Source: Pirellula staleyi DSM 6068 (GTDB lineage: Bacteria; Planctomycetota; Planctomycetia; Pirellulales; Pirellulaceae). Taken from it: 32,000 bases of DNA. Location of the stretch: positions 2,670,001 through 2,702,000 of the forward strand of contig CP001848.1 of NCBI GenBank assembly GCA_000025185.1. The letters are read 5' to 3'. The position numbers were made by a program, and so were the translations under genes. Positions 16,626 through 24,981 of this stretch are shown here, piece after piece. The notes beneath the pieces are model-generated. The model was given only the letters and a program-made list of their open reading frames with translations. It made no database searches and had not been told where the DNA came from. Position 1 is the first letter of the stretch, and the number at the start of each line of letters is the position of its first letter.

Positions 16626-19124
16626 ATGAGCACCCCTCAACTTAAGTCGTTCGCGAATTCACTGATCTGCGGCCTAGCGTCGCTCGTGCTCGTGGCTTCC
16701 ACGCTGGTCTCGCCAGCGTCGGCTGTCCACCCGCAGCTGAGCAGCATCAGCCCGGTTGGTGTGCAGCGTGGCACCGAAGTCGAGGTGATCTTCAGCGGCA
16801 ACGAGTGCGATGAAGCGGTCGAGGTGATGTTCTATTCACCTGGCTTCACCGTGCAGTCGCTCGAGAAGAGTGGCGACAACCAAGCCAAGGCCAAAATCGC
16901 TGTAGCCGCAGATTGCCGCCTCGGAATTCACGCCCTGCGACTCCGATCTCCTTCGGGCATGTCGGGCATTAAGACCTTCACCGTCGGTGCCCTCGGCGAA
17001 ACCAAAGAAGTCGAACCCAATAACGATTTCGCTACACCTCAAGCGGTGAGCCTGAACACCACGGTGGCGGGCAGCGTCGGTAATGAAGATGTCGACTACT
17101 ACTCGGTCGACCTCCAAGAGGGGCAGCGACTGAGTGTCGAAATCGAAGCGCTGCGTCTCGGAAATTCTTACTTCGATCCCTACGTCGCGATTCTCAACGC
17201 CGAACGTTTTGAGCTGTCGCGCAGCGATGATGCTCCGCTGCTGAATCAAGATGCACTCTGCTCGATCGTCGCTCCCACTACTGGGAAGTACATCATCCAA
17301 GTTCGTGAAAGTGCTTATGGTGGCGGCTCTGCCTACCGCATGCACGTCGGTTCTTTCCCACGCCCCACCGCCGTGCTTCCTGCTGGTGGTAAGCCGGGCG
17401 AGAAGCTGCAAGTGAAGTGGCTCGGAGATGCCGGTGGCGAGTTCACCACCGAAGTGACCATTCCTGCAGGCGATGAAACTGGCCGCGGCGAACTCTTTGC
17501 CCAAGATGATCGCGGCATCGCTCCTTCCCCCAATCCAATTCGCGTGGTCGACCTGAATAACTACCTCGAAGCGGAACCCAATCACGAAATCGCCAATGCT
17601 TCAGCTGCTGCAGCACCGGGCGCGATGAATGGTGTGATCGGTGAACCAGGGGATGTCGACCTCTTTAAGTTCGAAGCCAAGCAAGGACAAGCATACGAAG
17701 TGCGTGTGTTTGCCCGCATGCCGATTCGTTCGCCACTCGATAGCGTGCTGCAAATCCTGAATGACAAAGGTCAATCGATCGCCAACAACGACGACTCCGG
17801 TGGACCCGACAGCTATTTGCGATTCAACGTTCCCAGCGATGGCATCTACTTCGTCTCGGTGCGCGATCACTTGAATTCGGGCGGACCGACCTATGTCTAT
17901 CGCGTCGAGCTTTCGCCCGTTCAGCCCGAGCTGATCTTTTCACTCCCCGAGCGTGAACGCTACGTCGCCACCACCCTCACTGTCGGTAAGGGAAATCGGA
18001 TGGCGGTGATGGTTTCGGCTCAGCGTCAAAATTTCGGTGGCGATATCACACTCGAAGCTCAGAATCTTCCACCAGGAATGAGCATTCAGCTTCCACCGTT
18101 CACCGGCAATCGCAACGAAGTGCCGGTCCTCTTCACCGCCGCTGCCGATGCTGCACCCGCTGGGGCTCTGGTTCCACTCACCGGAAAATCAACCGATCCC
18201 AACGTCAATGTGACTGGCAAGTTCCGTCAGCGCACGATGTTGATTCGTGGCAACAACAACAGCGATGTTTGGGGACACGACAGCGATCGCATGGCTGTCG
18301 TTCTCTCGGAAGAAATCCCGTTCAAACTCGATCTCGTACAGCCGAAAGCTCCGCTAGTTCGCAACGGTTCGATCGACCTGAAGGTGGTTGCGACACGTGC
18401 GGAAGGTTTCACCGGCGAGATTCGCGTGCAGTTGCTCTACAACCCACCCGGTGTGGCCTCGTCGAGCAATATCACGATTCCTGAAGGGCAAAACGAAGCT
18501 CTGATTCCACTCACTGCCAACGGTGGTGCCGCTATAGGATCTTGGCAAATCGTTGCACTCGGTCGCGCTCGCGATCCCGGGGCGATGCAAAATGATCAGC
18601 AGCGTGGTCGTCGTGGTGGTGGCAGCTTCGAAGTCGCCACCGGTTTCATCGACCTCAATATCACCGATCAGTTCTACAAGTTCACGTTCGATAAGTCGGC
18701 GGTAGAGCAAGGCAAAGAGTCCGACGTGCTGGTGAAGGTCGAGAAGCTGGCCGACTTTGCAGGCAACGCCAAGTGCGAACTCAAGGGACTTCCTGCCGGT
18801 GTGACGGTCGACGGTCCTGTCGAATTCAACAAAGACACCACCGAGATCCTCATCAAGGTGAAATCGGCGGCTGATGCTCGTCCAGGGAAGTACAACTCGC
18901 TGGTCTGCGTCACCACCTTCCCGGTCGAAGGGGAACTCGTAACCCACACGCTCGGGACCGGTGAAATTCGAGTCGATGCACCACTCCCACCGAAGCCTGC
19001 AGCGCCCATGGCGCAAGCGGCTCCGATGCCCATGCCAATGCCCGCCGCTGAAGCACCACCGATGAAGCGTTTATCGCGCCTCGAACAGCTTCGCCTCGAA
19101 AAAGAACAAGCGATGGGCAAGTAA
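16626..19124 (+). CDS. secreted protein with two pre-peptidase C-terminal (PPC) domains and Ig-like modules, no protease domain
   Basis: Signal peptide LASLVLVASTLVSPASA. PPC module 1 at about 17007-17345: EPNNDFATPQAV...GNEDVDYYSVDLQEGQRLSVEI. PPC module 2 at about 17571-17915: EPNHEIANAS...GEPGDVDLFKFEAKQGQAYEVRV...NNDDSGGPDSYL...GIYFVSVRD. Confidence 0.8.
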   Translation: MSTPQLKSFANSLICGLASLVLVASTLVSPASAVHPQLSSISPVGVQRGTEVEVIFSGNECDEAVEVMFYSPGFTVQSLEKSGDNQAKAKIAVAADCRLGIHALRLRSPSGMSGIKTFTVGALGETKEVEPNNDFATPQAVSLNTTVAGSVGNEDVDYYSVDLQEGQRLSVEIEALRLGNSYFDPYVAILNAERFELSRSDDAPLLNQDALCSIVAPTTGKYIIQVRESAYGGGSAYRMHVGSFPRPTAVLPAGGKPGEKLQVKWLGDAGGEFTTEVTIPAGDETGRGELFAQDDRGIAPSPNPIRVVDLNNYLEAEPNHEIANASAAAAPGAMNGVIGEPGDVDLFKFEAKQGQAYEVRVFARMPIRSPLDSVLQILNDKGQSIANNDDSGGPDSYLRFNVPSDGIYFVSVRDHLNSGGPTYVYRVELSPVQPELIFSLPERERYVATTLTVGKGNRMAVMVSAQRQNFGGDITLEAQNLPPGMSIQLPPFTGNRNEVPVLFTAAADAAPAGALVPLTGKSTDPNVNVTGKFRQRTMLIRGNNNSDVWGHDSDRMAVVLSEEIPFKLDLVQPKAPLVRNGSIDLKVVATRAEGFTGEIRVQLLYNPPGVASSSNITIPEGQNEALIPLTANGGAAIGSWQIVALGRARDPGAMQNDQQRGRRGGGSFEVATGFIDLNITDQFYKFTFDKSAVEQGKESDVLVKVEKLADFAGNAKCELKGLPAGVTVDGPVEFNKDTTEILIKVKSAADARPGKYNSLVCVTTFPVEGELVTHTLGTGEIRVDAPLPPKPAAPMAQAAPMPMPMPAAEAPPMKRLSRLEQLRLEKEQAMGK

Positions 19125-19248
19125 CCCAGCGTCGGTTCTGCCAATTTCCACCACTGCAAAATTTGTCGATACAGCCTGCTATACGCAAACTTCCACTCAC
19201 GTCACTGGATGATGTTTGGAAGTCACACTTGAGTCGGAGTCCGAAGAG

Positions 19249-21681
19249 ATGCTCGAGAGTTTTCGCCGCTTCGCTTTTGGTTCACTAGCGATCCTTGTCC
19301 TTGGGGCAAGTGTGGCTATTGCCGACACAACGATTGTCGATGTGCAGGTCTATCCACCCGATGTCCACCTGTCGACCAAGGTCGATTTGCAGCGGTTCAT
19401 CGTGGTGGCGACACGCAAGGATGGTGTGACACTCGATGTCACCGCCGCTGCTTCGGTCAAAGTGGTGGACCCCAATCTTTGCAAGCTCGACAAGAATGTC
19501 CTGACGCCCGTTGCCGATGGCCAAACGGCCCTCGAAGTCGAGTACCAAGGCTTCAAAGCTGCTTCCACCATCACGGTGAAGGATGCAGTGGTCGATCGCC
19601 CTGTAAGCTTCCAACTCGACATCATGCCCGTGCTGCTGCGAGCTGGCTGCAACACCGGCAGCTGCCACGGTGCTGCACGTGGTAAAGATGGTTTCCGTCT
19701 GTCGCTCTTCGGGTTCGATCCGCAGGGAGACTACTTCCGCATCACTCGCGAAATTGGTGCCCGCCGCATCAATCTTGCTTCCCCCAAAGATAGTTTGCTC
19801 ATCGAGAAGTCAATCGGCGCCGTGCCTCACACCGGTGGCAAGCGTTTTGCTGCAGACAGCGAGTACAACGCGACACTGCTCCGCTGGCTCGAAGCTGGTG
19901 CAGTGAACGATCCCGGTCCAACACCGGCAGTGCTGGGGGTCGACCTCTATCCCCCGTCGGCTGTACTCGAAGGTGAAGGAGCAACGCAGCAATTCATTGC
20001 TGTGGCTCGTTATGCCGATGGAACCGATCGCGATATCACGTCGCTCGTCAATTTCATGACGAACAACGACAACAGTGCTCCGATCAGCGTGGATGGTTTG
20101 GTGACAGCCGCTTCACGTGGCGAAGCGTTCATCATGGCTCGCTTCGAAACGCACACAGTGGGCAATCAAGTTCTCGTCCTGCCGAAGGACCTGCAGTACA
20201 CCGCTCCTGAAGTGACCGGCAACTACGTCGATCAACTTGTCGGCGACAAACTCCGCAAGGTTCGTTTGCTCCCCAGCGGACTCTGCACCGACGAGCAGTT
20301 CCTCCGTCGAGCAACGATCGATATCACCGGGAAATTGCCGACCGAAGAAGAGTATCACGCCTTCATGAACGACGCCGATCCAACCAAGCGTGAAAAGCTG
20401 GTCGATCGCTTGCTCGGTCAGAAAGAGTTCTCCGAAATCTGGGCCATGAAGTGGTCGGAACTCCTGATGATCAAGTCGACGAACCAAGTGAGCGTGAAGT
20501 CGGCGTTTCTCTACAGCAGCTGGCTCACCGACAAGATCGCCACGAACGTGCCGCTCGACAAGATGGTGCAAGAGCTGCTGAGTGCTTCGGGGGGAACGTT
20601 CAAAAACCCACCGACCAACTACTACCAAATCGAGCGCGACACCCTCAAGGTATCTGAAAACGTCGCCCAGGTTTTCATGGGCATTCGCACCCAGTGCGCC
20701 CAGTGTCACAACCATCCGTTCGATCGCTGGACGATGGACGACTACTACGGATTTGCTGCCTTCTTCTCGCAAATTGGCCGCAAGCAAGCGGAAGACGAAC
20801 GCGAGCAAATCGTGTTCAACAGTGGAGGCGGCGATGTGCGTCACCCAGTCGGCAATCGGGTGATGAAGCCTAAATTCCTCGGCGGAATCGAGCCAGAACT
20901 CAATGGGATGGATCGCCGTGAGGCTCTCGCCAAGTGGCTCACTTCCACCGACAACCCTTACTTTGCCACGAGTGTTGCTAACCGAGTTTGGTCGCACTTC
21001 TTCTGCAAGGGCATTGTCGAACCGATCGACGACATCCGCGTTAGCAATCCAGCGAGCAACCCTGAGTTGTTCAATGAACTGGGAAAAAAGCTCGTGGAAT
21101 ACAACTACGACTTCAAACGTTTGGTGCGTGATATTTGCACTTCGCAAACCTATCAGCGGTCGACCGAGCGAAACGAAAGCAACATGACCGACGAGCGGAA
21201 CTTCGCTCACGGTAACGTCCGGCGTATCCCTGCAGAAATGCTGCTCGACTGCATCTGCCAAGTGACCGACGCGCAGGACAAGTTCAATGGTTTGCCTCTC
21301 GGTTCGCGAGCAGTGCAAATCGCCAACGGTCAAACCAGCAACTACTTCCTCACCACCTTCGGACGCGCACCGCGTGATACCGTTTGTGCATGTGAAGCCA
21401 AGACCGAGCCCACCTTGTCGCAAGCCTTGCACATGCTCAATGGCAGCACGATTCAAGGCAAGATTGGGGCAGGGCAGGTGGTGAAGAAGTTGCTCGATGC
21501 AGGCAAGACGCCACCCGAAGTGATTGAAGCGTTGTACATTCGCGCCCTCAGCCGCAAGCCAACTGCAGAAGAGACCGAACGTCTCCTGGCAGTCGTGGGA
21601 CAAGCGGAGAACCCACAACTGGGGCTTGAAGACTGCTTCTGGGCGATCCTGAACTCGCGCGAGTTCCTGTTTAATCACTAG
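19249..21681 (+). CDS. Big_2 / DUF1549 / DUF1553 (PSCyt2-PSD1 type) protein
   Basis: ATG at 19249 gives the signal peptide MLESFRRFAFGSLAILVLGASVAIA. There are two Ig-like Big_2 modules. DUF1549 motifs: IMPVLLRAGCNTGSCHG, RRATIDITGKLPT, FSEIWAMKWSELL. DUF1553 motifs: GIRTQCAQCHNHPFDRWTMDDYYGFAAFF, NPYFATSVANRVWSHFF, LNSREFLFNH. Confidence 0.9.
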   Translation: MLESFRRFAFGSLAILVLGASVAIADTTIVDVQVYPPDVHLSTKVDLQRFIVVATRKDGVTLDVTAAASVKVVDPNLCKLDKNVLTPVADGQTALEVEYQGFKAASTITVKDAVVDRPVSFQLDIMPVLLRAGCNTGSCHGAARGKDGFRLSLFGFDPQGDYFRITREIGARRINLASPKDSLLIEKSIGAVPHTGGKRFAADSEYNATLLRWLEAGAVNDPGPTPAVLGVDLYPPSAVLEGEGATQQFIAVARYADGTDRDITSLVNFMTNNDNSAPISVDGLVTAASRGEAFIMARFETHTVGNQVLVLPKDLQYTAPEVTGNYVDQLVGDKLRKVRLLPSGLCTDEQFLRRATIDITGKLPTEEEYHAFMNDADPTKREKLVDRLLGQKEFSEIWAMKWSELLMIKSTNQVSVKSAFLYSSWLTDKIATNVPLDKMVQELLSASGGTFKNPPTNYYQIERDTLKVSENVAQVFMGIRTQCAQCHNHPFDRWTMDDYYGFAAFFSQIGRKQAEDEREQIVFNSGGGDVRHPVGNRVMKPKFLGGIEPELNGMDRREALAKWLTSTDNPYFATSVANRVWSHFFCKGIVEPIDDIRVSNPASNPELFNELGKKLVEYNYDFKRLVRDICTSQTYQRSTERNESNMTDERNFAHGNVRRIPAEMLLDCICQVTDAQDKFNGLPLGSRAVQIANGQTSNYFLTTFGRAPRDTVCACEAKTEPTLSQALHMLNGSTIQGKIGAGQVVKKLLDAGKTPPEVIEALYIRALSRKPTAEETERLLAVVGQAENPQLGLEDCFWAILNSREFLFNH

Positions 21682-21857
21682 TCGCCAGCAGGCAGCTGCG
21701 GCGAGGAGATTCTGTTGAATCTCCTCGCAATTTTGGGCCGAGTGTTGAGAAGAGTAAGTAAACTATCGTGAAAGAGTTTTTGCTGAGTTCCTTAGGAAGT
21801 GCCAAGAATCTTCTGAAGAGTTCAGCACGACAGTCTCTCGCGGGGAGTGGTTCGGAT

Positions 21858-24398
21858 ATGCGTTACCTGGCATTGTGGTCGGTGGTTGTGGGCTCGCTGT
21901 GGGCCGGAAGTATGGCGTCTGCTCAAGAGGCAAAGCCTGCCGATCCAGCGACCCCCAAAGTAACCTACGACGATCACGTCCGTCCGATTCTTCGCGAGCA
22001 TTGCTTCTCGTGCCATAACCAAGGACAAGCCAAGGGCGGTTTGATCCTCGATTCGTATGCCAAAACGATGGAAGGTGGCAGTAGCGGCGAAGTCGTGCTG
22101 GCCGGGGATCTCGAAAGCAGTCGGCTGTGGGCTCTGGTGAGCCACAACGAAGAGCCGATCATGCCCCCCAATCAAGACAAAATTGCGCAGGCAAAGCTCG
22201 ACATCCTGAGCAAGTGGATCGAGCAAGGGGCACTTGAAAACAGCGGATCGAAAGCGGTTATCAAAAAGAAGAACAACCTAGCTCTCGCGCCAACATCGAG
22301 CACCGGTAAGCCCGAAGGGCCTGCTGCGATGCCCGAGTCGGTGTTCAAGCAACCGGTGATGTTCACCCCCCGTGCTGGCGCAGTAACCGCGATCGCCACG
22401 AGCCCCTGGGCTCCGCTGGCTGCTGTGGCGGGTCAAAAGCAGGTTGCTCTTTACAACACCGATTCGCTCGAACTGCTCGGCGTGATTCCGTTCCCCGAAG
22501 GGATTCCTCACGTGCTCCGCTTCAGCCGCAACGGAAGTGTGCTGCTGATCGGTGGTGGTCGTGGTGGACACTCGGGGTGCGTGGCACTCCACGATGTGAA
22601 GACCGGCAAGCGCCTCGCGAAGATCGGTGATGAACTCGATGCGGTTCTCGCCGCTGATATCAACCTCGATCAGTCGATGGTCGCCCTCGGCGGACCTTTG
22701 CGAATGGTTCGCATCTACTCGACAGCTACGGGCGAACTGCTTCACGAAATCAAAAAACACACCGATTGGGTCTACAGCCTCGAGTTCAGCCCCGATGGTG
22801 TGCTGCTCGCCACGGGCGATCGAAGCGGTGGCCTGTTTGTGTGGGAAGCTGACACAGCGCGTGAATACCTCAGCCTACGCGGCCACACGGGTGGCGTTTG
22901 CGACGTAGCTTGGCGTGGCGACTCGAACGTGCTCGCCTCGAGCGGCGAAGATGGAACCGTCAAGCTTTGGGAAATGAACGAAGGTAACGCCATCAAGAGC
23001 TGGCCTGCCCATGGTGGCGGAGCGTTCTGCGTTTCGTTCACACACGACGGCCGAATCGCTTCGGCTGGTCGCGATAACACAGTGAAGTCGTGGAGCGGTG
23101 ATGGAAATGCCCTGAAGAACTTTCCGGCGTTCAGCGAATCGGCTTTGCAAACGGTCTTCACCCACGATGGCAAACGCGTGATCGGTGGCGACTGGCTCGG
23201 CAACGTTCGTGTTTGGGACACCGAGGAAACTAAAGAAATCGGTACCCTTGCAGCCAACCCGCCAACGCTGGTGATGCAAGTGGAAGCGGCCAAGGGAGCG
23301 ATTGTTCCGGCCGAACAAGCGGCTGCCAATGCCGCTGCGGAACTGGCTGTCATTACGAAGCAAGCCACCGATAAAGATGTCGTCGTCAAAGCCGCCGCTG
23401 ACAAGTACAACGCTACCGTCGCTGCAATGCAGCAACTGGCTGCCGATCAAGTGGCTAAGACCAAGGAACTAGAAACATCGACCGCCACCGCTAAAACCAC
23501 GGCCGATGCCAAGGTAGCTGCCGAAGCTGCCGCCAAACTTGCTACCGACGAAAAGGCTGCCGCCGACAAACTTGCCGGTGAACGTGACGCTGCCGCGAAG
23601 GCTGCTGCCGAGGCCGCCGCCAACGACAAGAAAACAGCCGACACACTCGCCGCCGAACAAAAGCCAGAAGCTGCTGCTGCGGCGGAGAAAGCTGCTGCAG
23701 CCGCAACCGCCGCTGCCATGGCCGACCAGCAGAAGGCCGAGGCCGCCGTAGCCGCTGCGATGAAGGGTGAAGCCCTCACCAAGGCCGCCAATACACTCGC
23801 CGCGGCTGCCAAAGCTGCCACCGATGCCCAAGCTGTTGTGGATGCCACGAAAAAGAAGCTCGAAGAAATCGCGGCGGCGATGAAAACCACCGAAGCGGAA
23901 ATCGCCGCCACTAAAGCCGAAGCTGATAAGCAGGCCAAAGAGCGAGCCGATCTCGAACCGCAAATCTCCGCTAAGAAGGTGGCGGCTGATGCCGCTGCTG
24001 CTGCCGTGAATGCCACCAAGGAAAAGCTCGCTAAGATCGAGGCCGAACTGGCAGAGTTCAATGCGATGGCTGGCAAACTGCAGGCGGAAGCCGACAAGGC
24101 TGCCGCAGAAGTAGCCGCCAGCACCACAGCCGCCACACAAACCGAAGCTGAACGCGTCGCTGCTGCCACCGAGATGGCCAACAAAGCAGCCGCTGCCAAG
24201 GCAATTGCCGACAAACTGGCCGCTCTGCAGGCCGAGTATGCGAAAGCAGAAGCCGAGCAAAAGAAGGCTCAGGAGATGCTCGCCGCAAAGGAAGCCGCTG
24301 CCAAGGCGATGCAAGAGAAGGTGGCCGCCGCCCAAGCTGCTGCTGATGAAGCGGCTGCCCAGCGTAAGGCATTTGCCGAGGCTTACGAGGTGAAGTAA
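21858..24398 (+). CDS. PSCyt1 (planctomycete cytochrome-c-like) domain, WD40 beta-propeller and Ala/Lys/Glu-rich helical tail protein
   Basis: ATG at 21858 gives the signal peptide MRYLALWSVVVGSLWAGSMASA. PSCyt1: VRPILREHCFSCHN...KGGLILDSY. Seven WD40-like blades by eye (e.g. HTDWVYSLEFSPDGVLLATGDRSGGLFVWE, GEDGTVKLWE). The final ~370 aa are low-complexity A/K/E. Confidence 0.9.
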   Translation: MRYLALWSVVVGSLWAGSMASAQEAKPADPATPKVTYDDHVRPILREHCFSCHNQGQAKGGLILDSYAKTMEGGSSGEVVLAGDLESSRLWALVSHNEEPIMPPNQDKIAQAKLDILSKWIEQGALENSGSKAVIKKKNNLALAPTSSTGKPEGPAAMPESVFKQPVMFTPRAGAVTAIATSPWAPLAAVAGQKQVALYNTDSLELLGVIPFPEGIPHVLRFSRNGSVLLIGGGRGGHSGCVALHDVKTGKRLAKIGDELDAVLAADINLDQSMVALGGPLRMVRIYSTATGELLHEIKKHTDWVYSLEFSPDGVLLATGDRSGGLFVWEADTAREYLSLRGHTGGVCDVAWRGDSNVLASSGEDGTVKLWEMNEGNAIKSWPAHGGGAFCVSFTHDGRIASAGRDNTVKSWSGDGNALKNFPAFSESALQTVFTHDGKRVIGGDWLGNVRVWDTEETKEIGTLAANPPTLVMQVEAAKGAIVPAEQAAANAAAELAVITKQATDKDVVVKAAADKYNATVAAMQQLAADQVAKTKELETSTATAKTTADAKVAAEAAAKLATDEKAAADKLAGERDAAAKAAAEAAANDKKTADTLAAEQKPEAAAAAEKAAAAATAAAMADQQKAEAAVAAAMKGEALTKAANTLAAAAKAATDAQAVVDATKKKLEEIAAAMKTTEAEIAATKAEADKQAKERADLEPQISAKKVAADAAAAAVNATKEKLAKIEAELAEFNAMAGKLQAEADKAAAEVAASTTAATQTEAERVAAATEMANKAAAAKAIADKLAALQAEYAKAEAEQKKAQEMLAAKEAAAKAMQEKVAAAQAAADEAAAQRKAFAEAYEVK

Positions 24399-24452
24399 TC
24401 GCCTCGCTTTCTGCGAGACAGTTAGTCGACTAGCCTTAGGCAACGAACATTC

Positions 24453-24489
24453 AAGGTGAGCTTCACTCCGGTTGAGGCTCACCTTTTTT
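24453..24489 (+). terminator. intrinsic terminator after the PSCyt1-WD40 gene
   Basis: A 13-bp stem (24453-24465 pairs with 24473-24485, including one G-U pair) with a 7-nt loop. It runs into a T6 tract (24484-24489), 55 nt after the stop codon. Confidence 0.65.
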
Positions 24490-24542
24490 CGTGCGCTCAG
24501 CGGCTCTATGGGGCTCGACTAACCGATTGACACGAGCGCACG

Positions 24543-24582
24543 AAAAAAGGGAACGTCGCAAGCAGGTGCGGCGTTCCCTTTT
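24543..24582 (-). terminator. intrinsic terminator for the minus-strand small gene (24757-24981)
   Basis: GGGAACG (24549-24555) pairs with CGTTCCC (24572-24578), with an inner CGCA/TGCG pairing. On the minus strand the stem is followed by T6 (the complement of A6 at 24543-24548). Confidence 0.55.
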
Positions 24583-24756
24583 GGAGAGATCGAATTGTCT
24601 TGGGGCTTGGCGGGGCTGTGCAGCGATCAGCTTTCGCTTCGCGCAACTGGAGCCGCGGGTAATCGCGGACTTCCATCAGCCTCCCAGCCAAACCGTTCTT
24701 GATTCAATCGTTGCTCAGTCTTCAGCCATCATTGCGACCCACCCGGCCGCTCGAGC

Positions 24757-24981
24757 CTATTCGCGTGGGCGAATGGCACCGATCAAACCGCTGTAGTCGA
24801 CCCGGTCTTCGTCGTGCCAGAGTGGCAGGCCGAGTTCAACGCGGCTGCGGAGGATTTCGATCTTCTCGGGCGATCCAGCTGGAGCAGCGGTGGGCTCGAA
24901 GCTTTCAGGAGCATCTGGGTAGAAGTCCTCGTCGTGACCGTACTTCAGGATCGCCTCGAACACATTACGTACTTTGTCCAT
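24757..24981 (-). CDS. small acidic hypothetical protein (74 aa)
   Basis: ATG (24981-24979) with GGAG 8 nt upstream on the minus strand. Codon usage is native-like and the gene has its own terminator. No family is recognised. Confidence 0.6.
   Translation of the reverse strand: MDKVRNVFEAILKYGHDEDFYPDAPESFEPTAAPAGSPEKIEILRSRVELGLPLWHDEDRVDYSGLIGAIRPRE

Noticed and set aside
16246-16629. 127-aa plus-strand ORF in the 466-bp gap between the DUF1501 and PPC genes.
   Set aside because: It has a non-ATG start and Arg/Ser/Leu/Cys-rich composition with no motifs. It would end 4 bp into the PPC gene. More likely this is non-coding leader sequence containing small hairpins (e.g. about 16381-16410).
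20113-21678. 521-aa minus-strand ORF antisense to the DUF1549/DUF1553 gene. Also 29147-31141(+), 664 aa, antisense to the TolC-like gene, and 7489-8559(+), 356 aa, antisense to Hsp70.
   Set aside because: Same reasoning: the opposite strand carries unmistakable family motifs, and these frames look like compositional artefacts.
23447-24482. Two long minus-strand ORFs (255 and 337 aa) rich in Ala/Ser/Gly/Leu.
   Set aside because: They are antisense to the GCN/AAG/GAA-biased Ala/Lys/Glu tail of the WD40 protein. The codon bias removes stops on the opposite strand. One of them even runs through the terminator hairpin.
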